Positions 54,744 to 63,635 of a DNA stretch of 64,000 bases are shown piece by piece (within the stretch, counting starts at the first letter, position 1; each line of letters opens with the position of its first letter). The stretch is taken from IMG/VR virus record IMGVR_UViG_3300047472_000237, positions 1 to 64,000 of that record. One strand, 5' to 3'. The notes below the pieces were generated by a model. That model was not told the DNA's origin. It ran no database searches and saw nothing but the letters and a program-made list of their open reading frames with translations. The position numbers were made by a program, and so were the translations under genes. This DNA comes from a virus.

Positions 54744-55290
54744 CAACACCGACGGCCCTTGCTCGTGCGGAGCCTGGCACAAACCTGGCGACGGCACGTT
54801 GGGGTACATCCAGCCCGCATTCAATACGTGGGACATCCGCTTCCTCGAGCTCTCCGACCACATTGCTCTCTGGAGCAAGGATCCGTCCACCAAGTGCGGC
54901 GCGGTCATCGTGCGGCCCGACCGCAGCGTGGTCAGCGTCGGCTACAACGGCTTCCCCCGTGGCATGAGCGACGCCCCGGAGCTCTACGCCGACCGTGAGG
55001 TCAAGTACGACCGCGTCATCCACGCCGAAGTCAACGCGATGATGTCGGCCCACCAGAGTGTCAAGGGGTGCACGCTCTACACCAACGCCCCCTGCTGCTC
55101 ACGCTGTGCCGTCCACATGATCCAGGCCGGCATCACCAAGTTTGTCTTCTGGTCGCCGCTCCCCGGCCAACGCGAGCGTTGGGGCACCGACAAGTCGATC
55201 GGCTACATGCGAGAAGCCGGCGCGATCGTCATCGAAGTTTCACGCGGGCCGGCTGTATTGCCTGTTGCTCAAGAAACTCAACCAGGGTAA
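54733..55290 (+). CDS. dCMP deaminase
   Basis: 'WSKDPSTKCGAVIV...GYNGFPRG...IHAEVNA...PCCSRC'. Confidence 0.92.
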   Translation: MSCDNTDGPCSCGAWHKPGDGTLGYIQPAFNTWDIRFLELSDHIALWSKDPSTKCGAVIVRPDRSVVSVGYNGFPRGMSDAPELYADREVKYDRVIHAEVNAMMSAHQSVKGCTLYTNAPCCSRCAVHMIQAGITKFVFWSPLPGQRERWGTDKSIGYMREAGAIVIEVSRGPAVLPVAQETQPG

Positions 55291-55305
55291 ACTTCAACCC
55301 GCTGT

Positions 55306-55707
55306 ATGGCTGAAGCTGCACTCAACACCCGTATCTTGAAGGCTCTGAAGCACCTCAATGCGTTCCGCGTTGAGAACGCTTGCCTGCCGGGGACGCCTGA
55401 CATCAACTTCACCCACGGGTGGATTGAAGCCAAGTATCTTCCGCGTTGGCCCTCCAAGGGCGGCGTTGTTGCGTGTCGTCACTTTCGCCCTGAGCAGAAG
55501 GCGTGGCACCTGAAGCACGCCCTGGCCGGCGGCGTGAGCTACGTCGTCATCCAGATCGACCGCACGGTCCTCGCCCTCGACGGCAAGGTGGCCGTCATGA
55601 AACTCGGGTCAACGACCGAGTCTGAGCTACGTGCCCTCGCCCTGGGCGTGTGGGAGAACAAACTTGACCCTGTGACCTTCGTGAAGGTCATGACGGAGCG
55701 CCGGTAA
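55306..55707 (+). CDS. PD-(D/E)xK nuclease / Holliday junction resolvase-like
   Basis: 'RVEN...GTPD...WIEAK...RPEQKAW'. Confidence 0.8.
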   Translation: MAEAALNTRILKALKHLNAFRVENACLPGTPDINFTHGWIEAKYLPRWPSKGGVVACRHFRPEQKAWHLKHALAGGVSYVVIQIDRTVLALDGKVAVMKLGSTTESELRALALGVWENKLDPVTFVKVMTERR

Positions 55708-58101
55708 ATGTCGTCTGTTGCACCCAATTACGAAGCATCGATCGAGTTCCTGCGGCGGTTCCACCCGAACCGCAACTGGGTGCTGACGTCGATCTCCCTC
55801 GACAAGCGAAACATCTCGACGAAGACCTTCAACGAGGCCACGGCCGGCAAGTGCTTGGAATGGCTGAAGCTCGCTGGCTTCGAACGCAACATCTACTTCT
55901 CCGTTGGCGAAGTCGACAAGATCGTCGAGAAGAAGGCTGACCGCGAGGACATCAGCCGCGTTTGGTACCTCCACGTCGACATCGACCCCCGCGCGGGCGA
56001 GGACATCGAGTCAGAGCAGAAGCGGGCGTTGGCCCTCCTCCAGAACCCGCCCGGCCTCCAGGCCCCGACAGTCATCACGTTCTCCGGCGGCGGCTACCAA
56101 GCCTTCTGGGCACTCCGTGAGCCGTTCGAAACGAAGAACACCCTGGAGCTCGCCGAAGAGGCGAAGCTGTACAACCTCCAGATCGAAATCGCCTTGGGCG
56201 CGGACAACGTCCACAACATCGACCGCATCATGCGGTTGCCGGGCACGCTGAACCGCCCCGACGCCCTCAAGGTCAAGAAGGGCCGCAAGCCGGCGCTGGC
56301 CCAGGTGGTCGAGTGGCACGAGGACCGAACGTACACGCTCGCTCAGTTCACGAAGGCCCCGCTGGTGCAGACCGGCGAAGCCGGCTTCATCGGAACGGCT
56401 GGCGGCACCAGCAAGCCGAAGGTCAAGGTCAGCGGCAACGTGCGTCGTATCGAGTCCGTGGACGAGCTCCCCGAGCAGGTCAGCGGGCGTGCCAAGGTCA
56501 TCATCTGCCAGGGCGTCGACCCCGACGAGCCGACCAAGTTCGCCGGCCGCAGCGAGTGGTTGTTCTATGTCTGCTGCGAGCTCGTTCGTGGCGGCTGTGA
56601 CGACGACACGATCTACTCGATCATCACCGATCCGAAGTTCGAGATCTCGAAGTCTGTGCTCGACAAGGGCAGCATGACCGAGAAGTATGCCCTCCGCCAG
56701 ATCGAACGGGCACGCGAGGACGCCCACGACCCTGACCTCCGCGCGATGAACGAGCAGTTTGCCGTCATCAGCAACTGGTCGGGCAAGTGCCGCGTCGTCG
56801 AAGAGCAGTTCGACGAGTCCATGGGTCGGTTCCGTCTGACCAAGCAGACGTTCGAGGACTTCCGCAACCGCCTGATGCACCGCAAGAAGACGGTGGGCCA
56901 GAACGTACGCGGCGAGGACATCACGCGCGGGATGGGCGAGTGGTGGCTACAGGAGTCTGGCCGCCGGCAGTTCGACAAGATCGTGTTCGCCCCCGGCAAG
57001 GATGTTCCCGGCAGCTACAACCTGTGGCGCGGCTTTGCGTGCGACGCCCGCCCCGGCGACTGCTCGCTGTTCCTGACCCACCTTCGCGAGAACATCTGCC
57101 AAGGCAATGAGGTCCACTACGACTACCTCATCAAGTGGATGGCTCGAGCCGTTCAGATGCCCGACAGCCCAGGGTACTCCAGCGTGGTGTTCCGTGGCGG
57201 CCAGGGCACTGGCAAGTCGTTCGTCGCCAAGACGCTCGGCTCGCTGTTCGGTCGCCACTTCATGCAGGTCACCGACCCGAAGCACCTGGTCGGCTCGTTC
57301 AACAGCCACTTGCGTGACTGCGTGTTCCTGTTCGGTGACGAGGCGTTCTACGCCGGCGACAAGAAGCACGAGTCAGTGCTCAAGATGCTGATCACGGAAG
57401 AGATGATCACGATCGAAGCCAAGGGCGTCGACGCGGAAGTGTCCGGCAACTGCATCCACCTGATGATGGCGTCGAACGACGCCTGGGTGGTGCCCGCCGG
57501 TATGGACGACCGCCGCTTCTTCGTGCTCGACGTCGGCATCAAGTCGAAGAACGACGCCTCATACTTCCAGGCGATCAACGACCAGCTGCGGGCCGGGGGC
57601 CGCGAGGCGCTCCTCCACCACCTGCTCACGCTCGACCTCAAGGGGTACGAAGTCCGCAACGTGCCGAAGACGGCCGCCCTCCAGCAGCAGAAGATGTTCA
57701 GCATGGGCAGCCAGGACGGCTGGTGGTTCGAGAAGCTACGCGACGGCCGGCTCCTCGCCGAGCACGGCGACTGGCGTCTCGAGGTTGTGGTCAACGACCT
57801 GCACCAGGACTTCCTCGACTACTGCCGCCAGTTCAACGTGGCACGGCGCGGCACTGCCTTCTCGCTCCGCCAGACGATCGAGGGTTTCCTGCCGAAGGGC
57901 CTCCTGGGCAAGTATCAGACGAACTCGCCCGTCGAGACCACCACGCCGTCGGGCGAGAAGAAGATGATCCCCCGCCCGTACTGGTATCGCATTCCGTCGC
58001 TGGAAGTCTGTCGCAAGCACTGGGACGAGAACTTCGGCGGCCCCTACGACTGGGAAAGTGTCGAGATGCGGAACGTACCGCAGACCCCGGAAGTCTTCTA
58101 A
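55708..58101 (+). CDS. Primase-helicase (RepB-like primase + SF3/DUF5906 helicase)
   Basis: 'HVDID', 'SGGGYQAFW', 'DRIMRLPGT'; 'GGQGTGKS', 'FGDE', 'MASN', 'DDRRFFV'. Confidence 0.9.
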   Translation: MSSVAPNYEASIEFLRRFHPNRNWVLTSISLDKRNISTKTFNEATAGKCLEWLKLAGFERNIYFSVGEVDKIVEKKADREDISRVWYLHVDIDPRAGEDIESEQKRALALLQNPPGLQAPTVITFSGGGYQAFWALREPFETKNTLELAEEAKLYNLQIEIALGADNVHNIDRIMRLPGTLNRPDALKVKKGRKPALAQVVEWHEDRTYTLAQFTKAPLVQTGEAGFIGTAGGTSKPKVKVSGNVRRIESVDELPEQVSGRAKVIICQGVDPDEPTKFAGRSEWLFYVCCELVRGGCDDDTIYSIITDPKFEISKSVLDKGSMTEKYALRQIERAREDAHDPDLRAMNEQFAVISNWSGKCRVVEEQFDESMGRFRLTKQTFEDFRNRLMHRKKTVGQNVRGEDITRGMGEWWLQESGRRQFDKIVFAPGKDVPGSYNLWRGFACDARPGDCSLFLTHLRENICQGNEVHYDYLIKWMARAVQMPDSPGYSSVVFRGGQGTGKSFVAKTLGSLFGRHFMQVTDPKHLVGSFNSHLRDCVFLFGDEAFYAGDKKHESVLKMLITEEMITIEAKGVDAEVSGNCIHLMMASNDAWVVPAGMDDRRFFVLDVGIKSKNDASYFQAINDQLRAGGREALLHHLLTLDLKGYEVRNVPKTAALQQQKMFSMGSQDGWWFEKLRDGRLLAEHGDWRLEVVVNDLHQDFLDYCRQFNVARRGTAFSLRQTIEGFLPKGLLGKYQTNSPVETTTPSGEKKMIPRPYWYRIPSLEVCRKHWDENFGGPYDWESVEMRNVPQTPEVF

Positions 58102-58108
58102 GGACAAC

Positions 58109-59827
58109 ATGTCACAACTACGATGGATCGTTGACGCCGAGAACTTGTCGGCACAGAACTGTTACGGCTCCAAGCTGGGAGTCCACCCGCTGGTCGGGCA
58201 GATGCTCGTGAACCGGGGCATCAACAACATCCCGGAGGCGTACAACTTCCTGAACCCGAACCTCAGAGATCTCCACGATCCGATGCTCATGCACGACATG
58301 CAGCGGGCCGTGCTCCGGATCCGCGAGGCGATCCTGAAGGGCGAGAAGATTGCCGTGTTCGGAGACTACGACGTCGACGGCGTGACGGCCAGCGCGACCA
58401 TGTTCCACGCCCTGACGTACTTCGGCGTGTCGCCCCGCATGTACATCCCCCACCGGCTCAACGAAGGCTACGGCATCAGCCCGCAAGCCATCGAGACCCT
58501 GGCGGCCGAAGGCGTCAAGCTGATCATCAGCGTCGACTGCGGCGTCACGGCCGTGGAGCCGGCGGCGAAGGCACACGAGCTCGGCGTCGACCTGGTCGTG
58601 ACCGACCACCACCAGTGGAAGGACGAGCTCCCGAAGTGCTACGCCATCGTCCACCCGCGCCTCGACAACAAGTACCCCAACCCAGAGCTCTGCGGAGCCG
58701 GCGTGGCCCACAAGGTCGCCTGGGCCTTGGGCAAGGCCATGGAGGGCTCAGAGCGGGTCGCTCCGGCGTACGGAGAGCTCCTACAACAGCTGCTGGCGTT
58801 TACCGCCCTCGGCACCATCGCAGACGTCGTACCGCTCATCGGCGAGAACCGGGTCATCGCCCACCACGGCCTGAAGCGGCTCCCTGAGAGCGTGTTCAAG
58901 GGCCTGCGGGCGCTCATCGTGTCGGCCGGCCTCGACGGCGCGGACATCGACGGCTACCACGTCGGATTCTGTCTGGCGCCACGTCTCAACGCAGCTGGCC
59001 GCCTGGGCCATGCCCTGACCGCCCTGAAGATGCTGACCACCGACACGTGGGAGGAAGCACTCGAGACGGGCAAGTATCTCGAGCAGGAGAACAAGGCACG
59101 ACAGGACACCGAGCGAGCAATCGTCAAGGAGGCGAAGGCCCAGGCGGAAGCAGAGTTCCCCGGCGCGACCGCGTTGGTGCTCACTGGCAAGGACTGGCAC
59201 AGCGGCGTCGTCGGCATCGTGGCCAGTCGCGTCATCGACGAGCGGTACTGCCCGACCATCGTGCTGGTCGACAGCGGCGACGAACTCCACGGCTCTTGCC
59301 GCAGCATCGAGGGGTTCAACCTGTACGACGCCCTGAAGGCATGCGAGCACCACCTCATCCGCTGGGGCGGTCACGCCATGGCGGCCGGCATCAAGCTGAA
59401 GGCAGAGAACCTCGACGCCTTCCGCAGCGAGCTCCAGGCGTACGTGACCGAGCACTGCCCGCCTGAGCTCCTCCAGCGGCGGCTCCTCATCGACGCGTGG
59501 GCGACCATCGACCAGCTGACCGAGAAGCTGATCGACGACATGAACAAGCTGGGGCCGTTCGGCCAGGCCAACCGCAAGGTCATGCTGGCACTGAAGGACG
59601 CGGTCATCGTCGAGTCCCGCGCGATCGGCAAGGAGGGCAAGCACCTCAGCCTGATGATCTCGCAGAAGGGTCGCAAGATCAAGGCCATTGCCTTCGGCCG
59701 GGGCGACGACGCACATCTGGTCCCCACGGACACGCGAGTCGACATTGCGGCCGAGCCGACTATCAACGAGTGGCGCGGCCGTCGTAACGTGGAATTATTG
59801 GTTCGAGACATCGTAGTGAGGGGATAA
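58109..59827 (+). CDS. recJ: ssDNA-specific 5'-3' exonuclease RecJ
   Basis: 'GDYDVDG', 'EGYG', 'VDCG', 'TDHH', 'LCGAGVA', 'GTIADVVPL', 'PRLNAAGR', 'GSCRS', 'GGHAMAAG', 'PFGQAN'. Confidence 0.95.
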   Translation: MSQLRWIVDAENLSAQNCYGSKLGVHPLVGQMLVNRGINNIPEAYNFLNPNLRDLHDPMLMHDMQRAVLRIREAILKGEKIAVFGDYDVDGVTASATMFHALTYFGVSPRMYIPHRLNEGYGISPQAIETLAAEGVKLIISVDCGVTAVEPAAKAHELGVDLVVTDHHQWKDELPKCYAIVHPRLDNKYPNPELCGAGVAHKVAWALGKAMEGSERVAPAYGELLQQLLAFTALGTIADVVPLIGENRVIAHHGLKRLPESVFKGLRALIVSAGLDGADIDGYHVGFCLAPRLNAAGRLGHALTALKMLTTDTWEEALETGKYLEQENKARQDTERAIVKEAKAQAEAEFPGATALVLTGKDWHSGVVGIVASRVIDERYCPTIVLVDSGDELHGSCRSIEGFNLYDALKACEHHLIRWGGHAMAAGIKLKAENLDAFRSELQAYVTEHCPPELLQRRLLIDAWATIDQLTEKLIDDMNKLGPFGQANRKVMLALKDAVIVESRAIGKEGKHLSLMISQKGRKIKAIAFGRGDDAHLVPTDTRVDIAAEPTINEWRGRRNVELLVRDIVVRG

Positions 59828-59866
59828 CTGTTGCCTAACGAAGTGAAGTCGGAGAGACTTCAACGT

Positions 59867-60676
59867 ATGGCCGCTGAACCCCGCACCAAGTTGAAGTTCG
59901 TCGATGCTCCCGAGTTCAAGGTGCGGAAGCACCGCAAGGAGCTCGACGACATGGCCTTACCTGCCATCCCGCCGGCGTTGCACTACGAACCCGGCCAGGG
60001 ACGTTCTTCCTCCGCTGTCACGTACGTCATGACGCGAGAGGAAGAGCGGGGCCGGTTCCTCCAGCTGAACTGGCTCAAGCGGCAGCACAACACCGCCATC
60101 AAGGACGAGGAGAAGGCCGCCCACTTCGTCAAGCAGATCACGCACCTGGTCGAGTACCTGGTCCGCACGAATCTGCCGCTTGTCTACAGCCAGGTCGCCC
60201 GCAACCTCGCTCGATACCAGAAGCTCGACTGGAACGAATCGGTCAGCGAGGCTCAGCTGTCGCTCATCCGCGCGGTCAACGGGTACAACTGCCAGTTCGG
60301 CATCAAGTTCAGCACTTATGCTTGCCGCATCATCCTCAACGCGTTAAACTCCGCCAACCAGAAGGCGGCGAAGCGGCAGTCCCGAGTGCACGACGCCTTG
60401 GTTCCTGAACACTACGGCGAGTCCGAAGACATCGCTCAGGAAGTGAACCAAGACGTGGAGCTCATCGACGCGATGAACCACGTCCTGTCCGAGAACGCGG
60501 CCGACCTCTCCGACGTGGAGAAGACGGTCGTGCAACGTCGGTACGGCTTGGGCGACCAGGAAGCTCAGACGCTCGAGGAGATCGGCAACGACATCGGCGT
60601 CAGCAAGGAACGCGTCCGCCAGATCCAGAACAAGGCGCTCGGGAAGCTCAAGAAAGCGATGACGGTGTACGCATGA
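59867..60676 (+). CDS. RNA polymerase sigma-70 family factor
   Basis: Region 2 'NLPLV...LIRAV...KFSTYA'; region 4 'RRYGL...TLEEIG...GVSKERVRQIQNKALGKLK'; start set at the ATG 7 nt after TTGCCT-17-GAGACT. Confidence 0.92.
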   Translation: MAAEPRTKLKFVDAPEFKVRKHRKELDDMALPAIPPALHYEPGQGRSSSAVTYVMTREEERGRFLQLNWLKRQHNTAIKDEEKAAHFVKQITHLVEYLVRTNLPLVYSQVARNLARYQKLDWNESVSEAQLSLIRAVNGYNCQFGIKFSTYACRIILNALNSANQKAAKRQSRVHDALVPEHYGESEDIAQEVNQDVELIDAMNHVLSENAADLSDVEKTVVQRRYGLGDQEAQTLEEIGNDIGVSKERVRQIQNKALGKLKKAMTVYA

Positions 60677-60972
60677 CCAAGCAGCAGGTTGAAGACGCGT
60701 TGGCGGCCAACGGCACGTGCGGCTTCGAGATCGTCGAACACGTCGATCTCGAGAAGAAGGCACAGATGAAGGCCACCCGCCCCGACCTGTGCTTGGAGCT
60801 CTTGACGCGAGACCGGATGATGAGGTTCATCTCCCACGCGCTCCCTGCCGAGGACATGACGTTCACCCTGAAGTGGTCCACCCTGCTCATCGACCGCAAG
60901 CGCCAGACGGTCACAGACGAGAGATATGCGATCGAGAAGGTCATTCGCCTTGCGGTCGACATCCGTCTGTAG
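60673..60972 (+). CDS. Hypothetical protein
   Basis: ATGA overlap with the sigma stop. Confidence 0.65.
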   Translation: MTKQQVEDALAANGTCGFEIVEHVDLEKKAQMKATRPDLCLELLTRDRMMRFISHALPAEDMTFTLKWSTLLIDRKRQTVTDERYAIEKVIRLAVDIRL

Positions 60973-60986
60973 CACAATCGGGCCAT

Positions 60987-61508
60987 ATGGTAAAGGCCAA
61001 ACGCAACGAGCTCGGATACACCCTGTCCTACGGTGGCAAGTCGGCTGAGGCGGTACGCCGGCCCGACCTCTACTTCGACCTGGAGCTCGACGGGGTCAAG
61101 CACAAGGGGTATCTCAAAGGTCTGAAGGACATCTTCTTCGCCTGGGCAGAGGGCAACCCGGTTCAGGCCCAGGGCAAACCTGCGAAGGCTGGCGTCCGCG
61201 AAGTCGAGGAAGAGCCGGCCGGGCGCGGCGGTGGCGGGCGTCGTCCCGAACCGAAGGATCTGGACGCCACCGAGCTCGCTCAGTTCCGCATCCACGCAGC
61301 CGAAACGACACACGAGGCCGTGGCCGCGTACGTCGCCGCCTACAACCTCGAGACCGTCGCCGTCTCGATGGGCAAGAAACCACGACATCAGTTCGAGCTC
61401 CCCCACACTCCGAAGATCGACCCGCCGCTGAAGGCGTGCTATGACCCGGTGCGAGACCAGTACACCTGGCCGAACCTGCACAACCCGGAGCCAAAGTCCG
61501 ACGAATGA
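60987..61508 (+). CDS. Hypothetical protein
   Basis: TTGCGG(60950)-17-CACAAT-8 nt-ATG. Confidence 0.65.
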   Translation: MVKAKRNELGYTLSYGGKSAEAVRRPDLYFDLELDGVKHKGYLKGLKDIFFAWAEGNPVQAQGKPAKAGVREVEEEPAGRGGGGRRPEPKDLDATELAQFRIHAAETTHEAVAAYVAAYNLETVAVSMGKKPRHQFELPHTPKIDPPLKACYDPVRDQYTWPNLHNPEPKSDE

Positions 61509-61568
61509 GCTTGCCTTCGCTTCACCCCGCTGGGACAATGACTCGCGTACCTCAACCGAAGGGCCGCG

Positions 61569-62021
61569 ATGACGATACGACTCGAGAATCCAGCTGACGA
61601 GATCCGCAAGGTGCTGAACGACCGCGACCGTCGTGGTCTCGACGAGTACCTGGTTCAGCTGCGTCCGTACATCGAGCTCAACAACCCGAACACGTCGGAC
61701 ATCGCCCTGATGTGCATCAAGGCCCTCAAGGTGCAGGTGTCGTGCTCCCAGATCACGAACCGCGTCGGCCCCAAGGGCAAGCTGTACGTCCACATCTGGC
61801 CGGGTACGGCGACGGCGCTCAAGGGCCGCGCGGCTGACCGGCTCCTGTCGAACCAGCTGCTCGAGCTCATGGCCGGTCTGTATCACCACGTCGAGCTCAT
61901 GACGCAGCGGATGCAGCTGGCCGGCCTGACCGTTCCCACCCTGACCGGGTCGGCGGCGATGAAGAACATTGTCGCTCAGTTCCAGAACGTGGAAGTCGAC
62001 GACGCCGAAGACGCTGACTGA
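61569..62021 (+). CDS. Hypothetical protein
   Basis: Promoter TTGCCT(61511)-17-GACAAT; typical codon usage. Confidence 0.65.
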   Translation: MTIRLENPADEIRKVLNDRDRRGLDEYLVQLRPYIELNNPNTSDIALMCIKALKVQVSCSQITNRVGPKGKLYVHIWPGTATALKGRAADRLLSNQLLELMAGLYHHVELMTQRMQLAGLTVPTLTGSAAMKNIVAQFQNVEVDDAEDAD

Positions 62022-62089
62022 TTCGTGTTGGCCTCCGTTGAACGAGACTGTAGAATTGCCGTCTCAGTTCAACCCCATTTGGAGGCCGT

Positions 62090-62827
62090 ATGCGTATCGC
62101 CCGATCGTTCCTTTGCTCCTTCCTCGTGCTCACGCTCGTGGGCCTTCTCACTTTGCCGTCCGGTGGCTGTAAGGGCCACATCGAGAACGCGAAGTCCATC
62201 AACGCCCAGGTCAAGCTCAAGACCGCCGAGATCGGGAAGGCTGCGGCCGTGGCGACCGCCCACGTTGTCGCCGCAGACGTAGCGGTCAAGCGGGCCGACG
62301 TAGCCGTCCGCGCGGCGGCCACGCAGCCCTCCAACCCGCCGGAGACCGTACGCCTCCTGAGCGAGGCGACGGACGACCACAAGGTGGCCCTGGCGGAGCT
62401 ACCGAAGGCCGTCGTCGAGCTCAAGAAGGTCGCCCCGGCGACCCAGGCGGTGGCCGTCCTCTCCGACAAGGCAGAGGCCGTAACGGTCAAGGCCGTCGAG
62501 CAGCGTGACGCCGAGCGCGACCATTGGGTCGGATACAAGACGCGACAAGCGTTGCTGAAGGGGGTGATCGGCTTCGGCGGCATTGCACTCGTCCTGGGCG
62601 TGATCACGTTTATCGTCAAGACGAACGGGGCCACGCCCATCCTTATGGCCCTCCGGCAGGTCGGCGGAATTATTGTTCAATTGGCCTTGCGTTTCCTTCG
62701 CTGGTTGGGCAGAATCACCTTCACGTTGGTGACGTTGGGAGCGAATAAGCTGGCCGACATTACCAACGAGAAGTACGAACAGCATGAACAGGCGAAGGCG
62801 GCCGACGCCACGCAGAGCTCCGCGTGA
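62090..62827 (+). CDS. Lipoprotein with coiled coil and C-terminal TM segment (spanin candidate)
   Basis: GGAGG RBS; signal peptide ending 'LPSGGC'; Ala-rich helical middle; 'GVIGFGGIALVLGVITFIV' TM. Confidence 0.6.
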   Translation: MRIARSFLCSFLVLTLVGLLTLPSGGCKGHIENAKSINAQVKLKTAEIGKAAAVATAHVVAADVAVKRADVAVRAAATQPSNPPETVRLLSEATDDHKVALAELPKAVVELKKVAPATQAVAVLSDKAEAVTVKAVEQRDAERDHWVGYKTRQALLKGVIGFGGIALVLGVITFIVKTNGATPILMALRQVGGIIVQLALRFLRWLGRITFTLVTLGANKLADITNEKYEQHEQAKAADATQSSA

Positions 62828-62845
62828 AGTGAGCTCCACTCAAGC

Positions 62846-62885
62846 CGACGTCAGGCGGAGTGCCCACTCCGCCTGACGTCGTTTT
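62846..62885 (+). terminator. Intrinsic terminator
   Basis: CGACGTCAGGCGGAGT-gccc-ACTCCGCCTGACGTCG then TTTT. Confidence 0.75.
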
Positions 62886-62897
62886 GGAGTCAGCTCA

Positions 62898-63635
62898 ATG
62901 GCCGTGAAGATCTCAATCATCAACCACTCCCACAAGGGATACGCGGACACCATCCCCGGCGTCCCATCCCTCGTCGACCTCGCCTTCGCTGATCCCCCGT
63001 ACAACTTCGGCGTCAAGTACGCCGACGATCCGACCAAGGATCGCATGACGCCCGCCGCCTACGAAGACTTCTGTAGCGGCATCATCTACACGATGTCGCA
63101 GAACCTGAAGCCGGGCGGCACCGCCTGGTGGCTGTGCCCGTCGGCGCACATGGACTTCATCCCGGCGCTGATGACCAAGCACGTCGGCCCGCTCATCTAT
63201 CGGATCATCAAGACCGAGACGTTCGCCCAGTACCAGCAGGCGAACTTGACCGACGACTACCGGATGTTGTTCGTGGCCCAGAAGCCTGGCGGCCCGCTGA
63301 CCCTGAACCCGGACGCGATCCGCATCCCGTCCAAGCGGCAGGAGCTCTACAAGGACAAGCGTGCTGACCCGCGCGGTCGCGTCCCCGGCCAGACTTGGGA
63401 GATCCGCCGCCTCCAGGGCACCAGCACCGACCACGTCGACTGGCACAAGGCTCAGCTTCCGCCCGAACTACTCTCACGCATCGCCCTCGGTTGGACAAAC
63501 CCCGGCGACACAATCCTCGATATGTTTGCAGGCTCCGGCAACTTCGCACTCGTGTGCAAGGCCCTCGGCCGCAACTTCTACGGCGTCGATCAATCCCCCA
63601 CGTACGTCGGCAAGATGAAGGAACGGATAGCGTAA
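62898..63635 (+). CDS. N6-adenine/N4-cytosine DNA methyltransferase (beta order)
   Basis: Catalytic 'DPPY' N-terminal to the SAM-binding 'ILDMFAGSG'. Confidence 0.9.
   Translation: MAVKISIINHSHKGYADTIPGVPSLVDLAFADPPYNFGVKYADDPTKDRMTPAAYEDFCSGIIYTMSQNLKPGGTAWWLCPSAHMDFIPALMTKHVGPLIYRIIKTETFAQYQQANLTDDYRMLFVAQKPGGPLTLNPDAIRIPSKRQELYKDKRADPRGRVPGQTWEIRRLQGTSTDHVDWHKAQLPPELLSRIALGWTNPGDTILDMFAGSGNFALVCKALGRNFYGVDQSPTYVGKMKERIA

Noticed and set aside
19600-59716. Very long minus-strand ORFs (e.g. 19600-22302, 25081-28371, 42322-44721, 52340-54625)
   Set aside because: Antisense shadows of GC-rich + strand genes with strong codon bias; no protein motifs, RBS or promoters.
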